Below are positions 29,129-39,186 of a DNA stretch of 64,000 nt, piece by piece. Position 1 is the first letter of the stretch. The number at the start of each line of letters is the position of its first letter. The stretch comes from Syntrophomonadaceae bacterium (GTDB taxonomy: Bacteria > Bacillota > Dethiobacteria > DTU022), in the NCBI GenBank assembly GCA_003554395.1, contig PWGD01000148.1, positions 5,958-69,957 on the forward strand, read 5' to 3'. Position numbers and translations under genes: made by a program. The notes under the pieces were generated by a model, which was given only the letters and a program-made list of their open reading frames with translations, had not been told where the DNA came from and ran no database searches.

Positions 29129-29497
29129 ATGAAGCGCGAGGATGATTACAGGCAGCGCCGTTCCACGGTGAAAAATTTAACCGATGAGCAGCTGGATCAT
29201 AAATTTTGGGGACTAACCGACCAAGTGGTTAACCCCCTTTTCGAGCTGGCCCGGGGCCATACTTCACCATCTATTGAACGTTCCGTCCTGCTGAGGATGG
29301 GCTTTTCCAGCCTGGAGGCCAAGCAAATCGTCCTGAATTGCGGTAAATATGGCCTGCTGGGCAAAGGAGCAGGGCACGTAGTGCTGCGCTTTGCCCAAAA
29401 ACGCAACCTGCCATACCGGGAAGCCGGCTTAATTTTGGCCGAGGGCCGGGAATGGGATCAGGCTGCAGCCTTGTTTGAAAAGGAGGGGCCATCTTGA
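29129..29497 (+). CDS. oraS: D-ornithine 4,5-aminomutase, small (S) subunit
   Basis: It is ~122 aa from the ATG preceded by GGAGG (MKREDDYRQRRS…). It lies immediately upstream of, and overlapping, the large E subunit. The ORF track has a longer N-terminal extension from 29096. Confidence 0.65.
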   Translation: MKREDDYRQRRSTVKNLTDEQLDHKFWGLTDQVVNPLFELARGHTSPSIERSVLLRMGFSSLEAKQIVLNCGKYGLLGKGAGHVVLRFAQKRNLPYREAGLILAEGREWDQAAALFEKEGPS

Positions 29498-31710
29498 AAC
29501 TAACACCGGAACAAAAACTTTCCCCTGAAGAGATTTTAAAAGACCTGGACCGGTACAGACCAAGACGCAAAGGCTGGACCTGGCGCCGCTCGATAAAGGA
29601 TGATGATGCTAAAATTGGGCCCTTTGAATACCGGCAGGCTGCTGAACCCCTCAAAAAAAGTATTCCCCTGCCTGCGGCCAAATCATTTGGCGGCATAGAT
29701 CCGCACCCTGGTTGTGTGGTCACCTCGGAAATTGCTTCCGGGCGTTTTGAAGATGATCTCCGCCGGATGAGGATGGTGGCCTGGCACGGGGCCGACCATC
29801 TCATGGTTATTCGGACCGCGGGGCAAAGCCACTTCGACGGTTTAATCGAAGGCACTCCTGAAGGAGTAGGCGGGGTGCCCATTTCAAGAAAGCAGATCCG
29901 GGCCACCCGCAAAGCCCTGGACCTGATTGAAGATGAAGTAGGTAGACAGCTTAACTTTCATTCCTACATAAGCGGGGTGGCCGGCCCGGAAATAGCCGTT
30001 CTTTTTGCTGAAGAAGGGGTTAATGGCGCCCACCAGGACCCTCAGTACAATGTCCTTTACCGGAATGTAAACATGTACCGCTCTTTTGTCGATGCGGCTG
30101 TAGCCAAAAAATTAATGCTTTCTGCCAATATCCTGCAGATAGACGGGGCCCATAACGCCAATGCTACGGCCAGGGAAGCCTGGAAGGTGATGCCGGAACT
30201 ATTAGTGCAGCATGCCATAAACTGCCGCTATTCGGAACTTGTCGGCATGCCCCGGGAAAACATCGCTCTTTCTACGGTTCCGCCAACCGCACCGCCGGCC
30301 CCGGCCCTGCGCATAGACCTGCCTTACGCGGTGGCCCTGCGCCAGCTTTTTAAAGATTTTAAAATGCGGGCCCAGATGAACACCAAGTATATGGAATCAT
30401 GCACCAGGGAAGTAACCGTTACCCACCCCCTCAACCTGCTCTTATCGAGACTGACCAGCGCCGATATCCAGAGCACAATTACTCCCGATGAAGGACGTAA
30501 CGTGCCCTGGCATTACAATTCTGTTCATGCCGTCAATACGGCCAGGCAGGCCCTGATCGGCCTGGATGGGATTACGGACATGGTTAAATTAAACCTGGAA
30601 GGAGAACTGGGCCATAAATCCCGGGAATTAAAAGAACGGGCCGTGCTCTTCCTGGAGGAAATCCTGGAAGTTGGAGGTTATTTTGCCGCTGTTGACCAGG
30701 GCTTTTTTGTCGATTCCGGCTTTTACCCGGAACGAAACGGGGACGGCATTAAACGTGATCCCGCGGGCGGGGTGGCATCCGATTCTATAGTGCCCCGCGA
30801 AGAGGATTATTATGCCCCCGTCTGCCACCACTTTGGATACAACAACCCGCCAATTGATTTTGGGGATCATTCTTCACCATGCGCCCCCATCGATGGTTGC
30901 TCCCTCTGCCGACCCGAAAAAATTATATACATTGACGAATTAGACCCTGAAGACAATGTTGAAAAAAGACTTGAGAAAAGCAGGCAATACCGGGAGAATA
31001 CCTTTAAGCCTGAAGCAGAGTGGGCCGGCGACGGAATTGTAACCATGACCATGTTACTGCCAGTATCTGAAGACATGGCAGAATATGGCGCCATGGATAT
31101 TGCCGGGCGTATGAACCTGGAAGATGTCGAAGTGATTAACCTGCAAAAAATGCACCCCGCGGAAGGCACCCTGGTAGAAATCAAAGGCAGGGTCGGTTTC
31201 AGCCTTGACCCGAAGAATATAACCATACCTCATAAAGAAGCTGTCCTTTCAGAAGAGGAAATCCGCCTGGCGGTCCAGAACAGGCCTCTCACTATAGTGG
31301 CCGGCACCGTCGGCGAAGACGAACATTCAGTTGGCATGAGAGAGATTCTTGACATTAAGCACGGTGGGCTGGAGGGATTTGGCATAGACTGCCACTACCT
31401 GGGAACATCGGTGCCGATCGAAAAGATGGCTGATGCTGCAGTCGAACTTGATGCCGACGCTATTTTGATCAGCACTATTATCACCCACAATGATGCTCAC
31501 CGTCAGAGTATGCGCAAACTAAACCAGGTTTGCCGGGAAAAAGGGCTGCGCGACGAGTTAATCTTAGTTGCCGGAGGAACCCAGGTAACCAATGAAATCG
31601 CCCAGGAAGAAGGTCTCGATCGGGGTTTTGGTCGAGGAACCAAGGGGATTGATGTTGCCAGTTTCCTGATCAAAAAAAAGGATTCGGTGGAAAAGAATCG
31701 TGAAAATTGA
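29494..31710 (+). CDS. oraE: D-ornithine 4,5-aminomutase, large (E) subunit, adenosylcobalamin- and PLP-dependent
   Basis: It is ~738 aa. The C-terminal B12-binding domain carries a DxHxxG motif (EDEHSVG) and a GG…GTQ Rossmann-like segment. The N-terminal TIM-barrel part is aminomutase-like. Confidence 0.75.
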   Translation: MKLTPEQKLSPEEILKDLDRYRPRRKGWTWRRSIKDDDAKIGPFEYRQAAEPLKKSIPLPAAKSFGGIDPHPGCVVTSEIASGRFEDDLRRMRMVAWHGADHLMVIRTAGQSHFDGLIEGTPEGVGGVPISRKQIRATRKALDLIEDEVGRQLNFHSYISGVAGPEIAVLFAEEGVNGAHQDPQYNVLYRNVNMYRSFVDAAVAKKLMLSANILQIDGAHNANATAREAWKVMPELLVQHAINCRYSELVGMPRENIALSTVPPTAPPAPALRIDLPYAVALRQLFKDFKMRAQMNTKYMESCTREVTVTHPLNLLLSRLTSADIQSTITPDEGRNVPWHYNSVHAVNTARQALIGLDGITDMVKLNLEGELGHKSRELKERAVLFLEEILEVGGYFAAVDQGFFVDSGFYPERNGDGIKRDPAGGVASDSIVPREEDYYAPVCHHFGYNNPPIDFGDHSSPCAPIDGCSLCRPEKIIYIDELDPEDNVEKRLEKSRQYRENTFKPEAEWAGDGIVTMTMLLPVSEDMAEYGAMDIAGRMNLEDVEVINLQKMHPAEGTLVEIKGRVGFSLDPKNITIPHKEAVLSEEEIRLAVQNRPLTIVAGTVGEDEHSVGMREILDIKHGGLEGFGIDCHYLGTSVPIEKMADAAVELDADAILISTIITHNDAHRQSMRKLNQVCREKGLRDELILVAGGTQVTNEIAQEEGLDRGFGRGTKGIDVASFLIKKKDSVEKNREN

Positions 31711-33055
31711 TCTACTAGTTGCAGATATCGGAAGCACCATTACTATGATTAGTGCCTTTGATGGCCTGGGTATCGGGCGGCCCGCCTTCCTGGGCCAGGG
31801 GCAGGCTCAAACTTCAGTAGAGTCTGAAGATGTTACTATTGGGCTTTCCAAGGCCCTGGTCAACCTGGAAGAAAAGCTAGGTGAAAAAATAGCCTGGGAT
31901 CGTTTTTTAGCCTCCAGTTCGGCAGCGGGCGGTTTAAGAATGTCCGTCCATGGCCTGGTTTACGATATGACCGCGAAGGCCGCCAAAGAAGCAGCCCTGG
32001 GAGCGGGCGCAGTTGTTAGCATGGTTACAGCCGGCGAGCTCACTGAAGAGAATCTGGAGGGCCTGACTGCAGTTAATCCCAGTATCATCCTCCTGGCCGG
32101 AGGAGTAGATCACGGAGAAAAAGAGACCATCTTAAAAAATGCATCTCTACTCAGCAGCTGGTTAAGAGAGCAGGGAAAAACCCTTCCGGTCATTTACTGC
32201 GGCAACCAGGCTGCGTTTAAAAAGGCCCATAGCATATTCAGAGATAAAGAGCTTTCCCTGATCAATAGCGAAAACGTATATCCTAAAATAGATCAATTAA
32301 ACGTAGAGCCGGTGCGAAGAGAGATACATCGTGTTTTTAACAGGCATATTGTTGAAGCCAAGGGAATGGAAAAAATACGCTCTATGGTGGAAGAAGAAAT
32401 AATCCCCACCCCGGGGGCAGTCATGGAAGCCTCTCTTCTGTTTTATAAGCATAGGGGGGATTTGCTGGTTTTTGATGTTGGAGGGGCTACGACAGATGTG
32501 CATTCTGTAACAGATGGTTCCGATGATATTCAACACCTGCTGCTTCACCCCGAACCTAAAGCTAAAAGAACTGTCGAAGGAGATCTGGGGGTATATCGGA
32601 ATGCTCCCCGTTTGATTGAACTGTGCATGGAAAATAGCAACAACCCAGGATTTGAGAGCAATCTTCAGGCCGGTATTGAACCGATCCCCGGCAGCAGCCG
32701 GCAGATCGAACTGATCGGGATTCTGACCGAACAGGCTTTAAAAACAGCCCTGATCAGGCATGCTGGATCCTGGCGCTATATATATGGTCCTACAGGCCGT
32801 CAGACAATGGTTGAAGGTAAAGATCTCACCTGCATAAAAACGGCAATCGGAACCGGGGGCGCCCTGTCCCAATTGCCGGGAGGGAAAGAAAAAATGGCGA
32901 AGGCCCTGAAAGGTAAAACCGGCCTTGAGTTGCTGCCCCGCGGTGATGTGATGCATTTAATAGACAATTACTATATAATGGCTGCAGTAGGGGTTCTCAG
33001 CATGAGCGACCCCGATAGTGCCTGGCAGCTTTTATCCAGAAGTCTAAACTTATAA
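31700..33055 (+). CDS. GlmL/MutL-like actin-fold accessory protein, a putative reactivase/chaperone for the B12 aminomutase
   Basis: The N-terminus [17 protein letters not shown] is an ASKHA phosphate-1 motif. It is ~450 aa, as for glutamate-mutase GlmL/MutL-type proteins, and is translationally coupled to oraE. Confidence 0.55.
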   Translation: MKIDLLVADIGSTITMISAFDGLGIGRPAFLGQGQAQTSVESEDVTIGLSKALVNLEEKLGEKIAWDRFLASSSAAGGLRMSVHGLVYDMTAKAAKEAALGAGAVVSMVTAGELTEENLEGLTAVNPSIILLAGGVDHGEKETILKNASLLSSWLREQGKTLPVIYCGNQAAFKKAHSIFRDKELSLINSENVYPKIDQLNVEPVRREIHRVFNRHIVEAKGMEKIRSMVEEEIIPTPGAVMEASLLFYKHRGDLLVFDVGGATTDVHSVTDGSDDIQHLLLHPEPKAKRTVEGDLGVYRNAPRLIELCMENSNNPGFESNLQAGIEPIPGSSRQIELIGILTEQALKTALIRHAGSWRYIYGPTGRQTMVEGKDLTCIKTAIGTGGALSQLPGGKEKMAKALKGKTGLELLPRGDVMHLIDNYYIMAAVGVLSMSDPDSAWQLLSRSLNL

Positions 33056-33078
33056 CCAATACAACTTATATAAACGGG

Positions 33079-34278
33079 GTGATTTCAATTACCAGTACAA
33101 AGGAAATACTAAGTATCACTGAACAGTATGGGGCCCGTAATTATCTGCCGCTGCCGGTTGTCTTATCACGGGCGGAAGGAGTATGGGTTGAAGATCCGGA
33201 GGGCAACCGCTACATGGATATGCTCAGCGCCTATTCGGCTATGAATTTTGGCCATCGGCATCCTAAAATTATCAAAACATTAAAAGAACAGGCGGACCTG
33301 ATTACGGTCACTTCCAGGGCTTTTAATAACGATAAGCTGGGCCCTTTTTGTAAAAAATTAGCGCTGCTAACGGGTAAAGAAAAAGTCTTGCCCATGAATA
33401 CAGGAGCTGAAGCGGTGGAAACTGCGATCAAGGCCGTCCGCAGGTGGGCCTATCGCAAGAAAAATATTCCAGAAAATAAAGCAGAAATCATAACCTGTAC
33501 CAATAACTTTCACGGCCGGACTACAACCATCATTTCTTTCAGCACAGATGAAACCTGCCGCAGCGATTTCGGGCCCTTTACCCCAGGATTTAAATTAATT
33601 GAATATGGCGATATCGAGGCCCTGAAAAAAGCAATAACCCCTAATACGGCCGGCCTGCTCATCGAACCGATTCAAGGCGAGGGGGGGATTATCATCCCTC
33701 CGGAAGGCTACCTTCGGGAGGCCTACCGGCTGTGCCGGGAAAACAATGTTTTGTTTATGGCCGATGAGATTCAAACCGGCCTGGGCCGCACCGGCAGGCT
33801 TTTTGCCTGTGACTGGGAGGATGTTACACCCGATGTGTATATCCTGGGCAAAGCCTTAGGAGGTGGAGTGTTGCCGGTTTCAGCCGTCACCGCTGACAAC
33901 TATATCATGGATGTTTTCGATCCCGGTTCACACGGGTCCACTTTCGGAGGCAATCCGCTGGGCGCCGCCGTGGCCATGACCGCTTTAGATGTTCTGGAAG
34001 AAGAACAACTGGTTCGCAAATCTGAGGAGAATGGAAAGTACTTCGTGGAAGAGCTAAGAAAAATAAACAGCCCGCACCTGGTTGAAGTTAGAGGTAGAGG
34101 GCTTTTGGTAGGGATGGAGCTCAAAGTCAAAGCGCGGTCGTACTGTAAAAAACTGATGGAGTTAGGGATCCTTTCCAAGGAAACCCATGTTAACGTAATC
34201 AGGTTTACTCCACCATTAATTTCCACTAAGAAGGAGTTGGACTGGGCCCTGGAAGCGATCAAAAAAGTATTTGCGTGA
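33079..34278 (+). CDS. rocD: Class III (omega) aminotransferase, ornithine–oxo-acid aminotransferase-like
   Basis: The N-terminus …[48 protein letters not shown]… closely follows the ornithine aminotransferase consensus. The motifs [10 protein letters not shown] and [11 protein letters not shown] are present. Confidence 0.8.
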   Translation: MISITSTKEILSITEQYGARNYLPLPVVLSRAEGVWVEDPEGNRYMDMLSAYSAMNFGHRHPKIIKTLKEQADLITVTSRAFNNDKLGPFCKKLALLTGKEKVLPMNTGAEAVETAIKAVRRWAYRKKNIPENKAEIITCTNNFHGRTTTIISFSTDETCRSDFGPFTPGFKLIEYGDIEALKKAITPNTAGLLIEPIQGEGGIIIPPEGYLREAYRLCRENNVLFMADEIQTGLGRTGRLFACDWEDVTPDVYILGKALGGGVLPVSAVTADNYIMDVFDPGSHGSTFGGNPLGAAVAMTALDVLEEEQLVRKSEENGKYFVEELRKINSPHLVEVRGRGLLVGMELKVKARSYCKKLMELGILSKETHVNVIRFTPPLISTKKELDWALEAIKKVFA

Positions 34279-34837
34279 TTAAATTAACAAATAAAAATTT
34301 TTAAAAAGCTATTGACAAATTAGCAGTACCGATCAATAATACCAGTACCAGGTTCCGAGAGACTGGAACGCGAACCGGGTTCGGTCGAGAGGGAAGGCCG
34401 GAAGTGAAGGAAGGGTTAACCCGAATTCACGGAAGGTTATCCACAAGGCCGAATCGCTGCAGGAGCCGGTAAAAGAAAGGCTTAAGAGCCGGGATTTACC
34501 GGAAATCACAGCACGGAGAAAAGTAGCTGTCCGGAGGTTGGGGGGAAAGCCATCCAGAGGTGGTGGCGGAAGCCCGGCTGTAGAGGGGTCAGTGAAGAAA
34601 TCCGACGGTGAGCTGGAAGGCCTGTTGGGACCTGGTTTATTATGAATGGCCCTTATTACAGTTTCAACCTGCGCTGTCTTACTTCTTATCCTAAAAGCTT
34701 ATTCACCTTTGCTTTTAAGCCCTATCCAAAAAGTATGGCCCGGAATATAGCCACATATCTTCATCCCCTAGCTATTGCATTAATTATGCCATTTGGTTAG
34801 AATAAGTGTTAAGTTTTAAAAGAGAGGAAAGATTAAA

Positions 34838-35653
34838 ATGAACAGTGAAAAAATTGGTTTAATTGGCTGTGGAGCGATGGGTTCGGCCCTGGCAAAAGGG
34901 ATCGTAAAAAGAGTAGGTATCGATCCGGCTTTAGTATACCTTTATGACCTTAACCGCGATCGTGTTGAGGAGCTGGCCCTTGAATTGAATGCTGTCGGCG
35001 CAGATAACCTGGAAGAGCTGATTACGCAATGCCGGCAGGTATTTATCGCCGTGAAACCACAGGATATTGAAAGCCTTCTTTATTCAATAAAAGATTTGGT
35101 GCATAAAGGCCAGATCTTTGCTTCTATTGCAGCCGGTATAACCATTAGTTTTATAGAAAGTTGTTTACCTCCGTCCAGCAAGGTAATTCGCCTGATGCCC
35201 AATACCCCCTGCTTATTGGGCGAAGGGTCAATCGCGATCAGCGCCGGTGACAATGTAACGCCGGAAGAACGCGAGCATATTGAAAAACTCCTCAAATCGA
35301 TGGGTTTAACTATACGCATTCCGGAATACCTGATGGATGCGGCAACCGGCTTGAGCGGGACCGGTCCGGCATACGTATTCCTGTTCATTGAAACAATGAT
35401 TGATGCCGGGGTAGCGGTTGGGTTCCGCCGCGATGTGGCATCTGAGATGGTGGTTCAGAATGTTATTGGCTCAGCCCGCATGCTCCAGGAAAACAACAAG
35501 CAGCCCCCGGCCGAGCTGAGAAACTCTGTAACTTCACCGGCAGGAACGACCACGGCAGCTATGCATGTGTTGGAGGAATCCGGTTTTCGAAGCTGCCTGC
35601 TTAAATCAGTAATTGCGGCCACAAATCAAGCGGAGAAATTACGCCGTGGTTGA
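34838..35653 (+). CDS. proC: Pyrroline-5-carboxylate reductase
   Basis: The N-terminus KIGLIGCGAMGSALAKGI (Rossmann) and the C-terminal P5CR dimerisation motifs (…SPAGTTTAAMHVLEE…) are present. Confidence 0.9.
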   Translation: MNSEKIGLIGCGAMGSALAKGIVKRVGIDPALVYLYDLNRDRVEELALELNAVGADNLEELITQCRQVFIAVKPQDIESLLYSIKDLVHKGQIFASIAAGITISFIESCLPPSSKVIRLMPNTPCLLGEGSIAISAGDNVTPEEREHIEKLLKSMGLTIRIPEYLMDAATGLSGTGPAYVFLFIETMIDAGVAVGFRRDVASEMVVQNVIGSARMLQENNKQPPAELRNSVTSPAGTTTAAMHVLEESGFRSCLLKSVIAATNQAEKLRRG

Positions 35654-36776
35654 AAGAAATAGTGTTTCTTCTCCCGTTTCCCGCCGCATCGTAGTTAAAG
35701 TAGGAACCCGCTTACTGACCCACAGCACCGGAAAATTGAACCTGGGCTATATGGAGAAACTTACCAGGGTCCTGGCCGATCTACGAAACCAGGGCCACGA
35801 AGTGATCCTGGTTTCATCAGGTTCTATTGGGGCCGGACGGGGCAGACTTAACATTACCAGGAATCCAATTTCCATTCCTGAAAAACAGGCTATAGCTGCT
35901 GTAGGCCAGGGCCTTCTGGTCCAAATTTATGAAAAACTGTTTGCCGAATACGGCCTGATCGTAGGGCAGATCCTTTTAACCCGCACTGACCTGGTAAGCA
36001 GACGGCGTTACATCAATGCCTGCAATACGGTTTTAACCCTTCTCAAGCTCGGTGTTGTGCCCATTATCAACGAAAATGATTCAGTTTCGGTGGAAGAGCT
36101 GAAATTTGGCGATAATGACCGCCTGTCAGCACTGGTAGCCGGTTTAAGCGATGCTCACCTCCTGGTTATTCTGACCGATATCGAGGGGTTGTACAATAAG
36201 AACCCGAGGAAATACCAGGATGCCGAGCTGATTCCGTACGTGGAAAAAATAGACGATAGTATTAAAGCCGGAGCAGAAAAATCACATGACGATCTGGCAA
36301 CAGGAGGAATGGTCACCAAACTTCAGGCTGCTGAAGTAGCATCCAATTCCGGCGTTGGGATGTACATTGCCAATGGTTATGATCCCGGGGTAGTTACCAG
36401 ACTGGTTAAGGGAGAGCATATTGGCACTTATTTTCAGCCCCAGGAACATTTTCTCAGCAGGCGTAAAAGGTGGATTGCTTATGGACAGGTCCCGCAGGGC
36501 AGTGTGACGATTGACAAAGGGGCCTGCAACGCCATTTGCTTTGAAGGTAAAAGTTTACTGCCAGTGGGGGTTATCGGTGTGGAAGGCTCGTTTGTTGAAG
36601 GTGACCTGATTACAGTTAAAGACCCGGCGGGCAATGAAATGGCCAGGGGATTAACAAATTTTTCCTCTGAAGAGCTGAATTGGATCCAAAAAAGAAGCAG
36701 CCCGGATATTGCTAATATTATGGAGAGGCCGGTTGCCGAAGAAGTAATCCACAGGGATAACCTGGTTATTTATTAA
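35646..36776 (+). CDS. proB: Glutamate 5-kinase, with a C-terminal PUA domain
   Basis: …RRIVVKVGTRLLT… is the amino-acid-kinase N-terminus, with a PUA domain at the C-terminus. The likely start is GTG 35646, preceded by GGAGA 10 nt upstream. The ORF track starts at TTG 35613, which overlaps proC. Confidence 0.85.
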   Translation: MVERNSVSSPVSRRIVVKVGTRLLTHSTGKLNLGYMEKLTRVLADLRNQGHEVILVSSGSIGAGRGRLNITRNPISIPEKQAIAAVGQGLLVQIYEKLFAEYGLIVGQILLTRTDLVSRRRYINACNTVLTLLKLGVVPIINENDSVSVEELKFGDNDRLSALVAGLSDAHLLVILTDIEGLYNKNPRKYQDAELIPYVEKIDDSIKAGAEKSHDDLATGGMVTKLQAAEVASNSGVGMYIANGYDPGVVTRLVKGEHIGTYFQPQEHFLSRRKRWIAYGQVPQGSVTIDKGACNAICFEGKSLLPVGVIGVEGSFVEGDLITVKDPAGNEMARGLTNFSSEELNWIQKRSSPDIANIMERPVAEEVIHRDNLVIY

Positions 36777-36816
36777 AGCGGGTTACCCTAAGATAAATAC
36801 GGGGGCTGATATAATT

Positions 36817-38070
36817 ATGAACCCAGAAGTGCTGGATAAGTGTATGTTGGCTCGCCAGGCAGCAAAAAAGCTGTCCGGTTGTCCGACTGCGGTCAAGAAC
36901 AGGGCCCTTGAAAAAATTGCTCAAGCTCTTGAAAATAACAAGAAAGATATTATCGAAGCCAATAAAAAAGATTTAGATCGTCTGCAAAAAGAAGAACACT
37001 ACTCCGATGCCTTTTATGATCGGCTCCTTTTAAACGAAGAACGGATTGTTGATATGGCCGCAGGCCTAAAAGATATCGCTGCCCTCAGGGACCCGGTAGG
37101 AGAAGTCACCAGGATGTGGAAGCGCCCCAACGGCTTGGAAATTGGACAGGTCCGTGTTCCAATCGGGGTGGTCGCCATCATCTATGAAGCCCGCCCCAAC
37201 GTAACCATCGATGCAGCCGGACTAACCCTGAAGACAGGGAATGCTGTAATCCTGCGCGGCAGTTCCGAGGCTCTAAATTCAAACCGGGCTCTGGTAAATT
37301 TAGCTCGGGAAAGCCTTTTAAAACTTGATCTTCCGGAGGGCTCCGCAGCCCTGATCGAAGATACAGGCCGTGCTGCCGCCATGGATTTAATGAAGGCCAA
37401 TCAATATTTAGATTTGCTTATACCCCGCGGTGGACCCTCCCTGATAAACACCGTTATAAATAACTCATCGGTTCCGGTTATCCAGACCGGTGCAGGCAAC
37501 TGCCATGTTTATATTGATTCTAAGGCCGATTTGAATCAAGCAGTAGCTATAACTATCAATGCTAAAGTGCAGCGGCCCGGAGTATGCAATGCCCTTGAAA
37601 CATTACTGGTTCATAAAGATATCGCCTCCAGTTTTTTGCCCAAGATTTTACCGGAATTAATGAAATTGGGCGTTGAAATAAGAGGCTGCCCGGTGACAAA
37701 AACATTTTCCCCTGAGGTTAAAGCGGCATCTGAGGAAGACTGGAGCACTGAATACCTTGATCTGATCCTGGCTGTTAAGGTTGTGGAGGATCTGGATCAA
37801 GCTGTCGAACATATTAACTCTTTCGGTACGGGCCATTCGGAAGCCATTATTACCGACAGTTATAGCCGCTCTCGAAAATTCCTGGCCCGGATAGATGCAG
37901 CTGCTGTATATGTCAATGCATCAACTCGTTTTACAGATGGTTCCGCTTTCGGGCTGGGAGCAGAAATGGGGATCAGCACCCAAAAGCTGCACGTCAGGGG
38001 CCCGATGGGACTGGAATCCCTGACTACGCTAAAATATTTCATTTTCGGGTCTGGACAAATCAGGGAATAA
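36817..38070 (+). CDS. proA: Gamma-glutamyl phosphate reductase
   Basis: It belongs to the aldehyde-dehydrogenase family and carries the ProA motifs GNAVILRGSSEA and the catalytic-Cys region (…PGVCNALETLLVH…). Confidence 0.9.
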   Translation: MNPEVLDKCMLARQAAKKLSGCPTAVKNRALEKIAQALENNKKDIIEANKKDLDRLQKEEHYSDAFYDRLLLNEERIVDMAAGLKDIAALRDPVGEVTRMWKRPNGLEIGQVRVPIGVVAIIYEARPNVTIDAAGLTLKTGNAVILRGSSEALNSNRALVNLARESLLKLDLPEGSAALIEDTGRAAAMDLMKANQYLDLLIPRGGPSLINTVINNSSVPVIQTGAGNCHVYIDSKADLNQAVAITINAKVQRPGVCNALETLLVHKDIASSFLPKILPELMKLGVEIRGCPVTKTFSPEVKAASEEDWSTEYLDLILAVKVVEDLDQAVEHINSFGTGHSEAIITDSYSRSRKFLARIDAAAVYVNASTRFTDGSAFGLGAEMGISTQKLHVRGPMGLESLTTLKYFIFGSGQIRE

Positions 38071-38231
38071 CAGCAGCATGGCTATAAGATTTTTCGCTGC
38101 AGCTGAAAAAAAACGCTGGGTATATTATAATAGATCAAGACAAGTAAACCTTGATCATGAATCAAACAGGTATGAAACGCACCGGTTTTCACCTTTCGGC
38201 GGTGCAGAAATAATTAAAAGTGGGGGAAAAA

Positions 38232-39182
38232 ATGAACTCTGGTCTTTACTGGGCGGTTGATATCGGCGGGACAAAAATATTAATGCTTTTGATTGACGGC
38301 AATGGAGATATTTTGTTCAGAAGAAAAAGCGAAACCCCCCGCCCTTCAGATCCGGAAGCTGTTGTCGCTACAATCATCAAGACCATAAATGAGGCTTCAG
38401 CTGAAAATGTAGCAGCGGACGCCGGCAGCCCGGCCGGACTGGGGGTTTGCACTGCCGGGTTTTTAGATTGCCATTCCGGCCTGGTTTACCAGTCACCAAA
38501 TTTGGAATGGCATGAGCCGGTACCTCTGGCCCGGATGTTGAAGGAAAAAATTGATTGTCCCGTTTTGATTGAAAATGACACTAATGCGGCAGTGCTCGGA
38601 GAAGTTCATTTCGGCGCCGCCCGGGGCCATACTAATGCTATTTACATTACACTGAGCACCGGCATCGGAAGTGGTCTGTATCTGAACGGGCGCTTATACC
38701 GTGGGACTGACGGATTCGCCGGGGAAATTGGACACACCAAGGCGTTCGGAAAAGGCAGGCCCTGCAAATGCGGTGGATCTGACTGTCTCGAAACCTGGGC
38801 TTCCGGAAGCGCCCTGGCCAGAAGCGCCAGGGAATTGTGGGATGAAACTGAAATAGATAACGGTCATATTACTACGGCCTGGGTTTTTGAAGAAGCAGAC
38901 CGGGGAAATACCGTAGCTCAATCAATTATTGATCATGCAGCAGCCAATATTGGGTTGGGATTGTCAAATTTAGTTACTTTACTTAATCCTTCCTGCCTGG
39001 TAATTGGCGGCGGAGTTGCAGCGAACAGGACTGACTTTATGACAAAAATAGCCCGTATTATCAGGGAAAGGGCCATCAAACCTGCTACAGAAATCACTTC
39101 CCTTAAAATCACCGCCGCCGCTCTTGAACCGGAAGCTGGTATATGGGGAATTTACAGTTTAATAAGCGGTCGGGCGGAATAA
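38232..39182 (+). CDS. ROK-family sugar kinase, glucokinase-like
   Basis: It has the ROK N-terminus (AVDIGGTKI), the zinc motif CKCGGSDCLE and the motif ENDTNAAVLGE. GGGGG lies 5–6 nt before ATG 38232. The ORF track starts at GTG 38220. Confidence 0.8.
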   Translation: MNSGLYWAVDIGGTKILMLLIDGNGDILFRRKSETPRPSDPEAVVATIIKTINEASAENVAADAGSPAGLGVCTAGFLDCHSGLVYQSPNLEWHEPVPLARMLKEKIDCPVLIENDTNAAVLGEVHFGAARGHTNAIYITLSTGIGSGLYLNGRLYRGTDGFAGEIGHTKAFGKGRPCKCGGSDCLETWASGSALARSARELWDETEIDNGHITTAWVFEEADRGNTVAQSIIDHAAANIGLGLSNLVTLLNPSCLVIGGGVAANRTDFMTKIARIIRERAIKPATEITSLKITAAALEPEAGIWGIYSLISGRAE

Positions 39183-39186
39183 TAAC

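Noticed and set aside
29271-29912. A 213-aa minus-strand ORF overlapping oraS/oraE. Similar antisense ORFs occur at 1671–2129, 4022–4510, 7895–8299, 10656–11144, 17326–17679, 30867–31226 and 40073–40585.
   Set aside because: All lie opposite confidently assigned genes. They are rich in Arg/Pro/Ser as expected for reverse frames of GC-rich codons, and they lack start-site context. They are not reported as genes.
34330-34640. Resemblance of the oat–proC spacer to a T-box, an SRP RNA helix 8 (CCGGAAG…GAAGG) or RNase P P4 segments (GGAAAGCC, CCCGGCU)
   Set aside because: The T-box core AGGGUGGNACCGCG and a terminator are absent. The SRP-like and RNase-P-like matches are short, mis-spaced and in the wrong order for those RNAs. 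The region is reported as an unassigned structured leader instead.
38078-38260. A 60-aa ORF upstream of, and overlapping, the ROK kinase start
   Set aside because: It has no ribosome-binding site and a low-complexity product. It overlaps the better-supported ATG 38232 start of the ROK gene. It is likely a non-coding leader.
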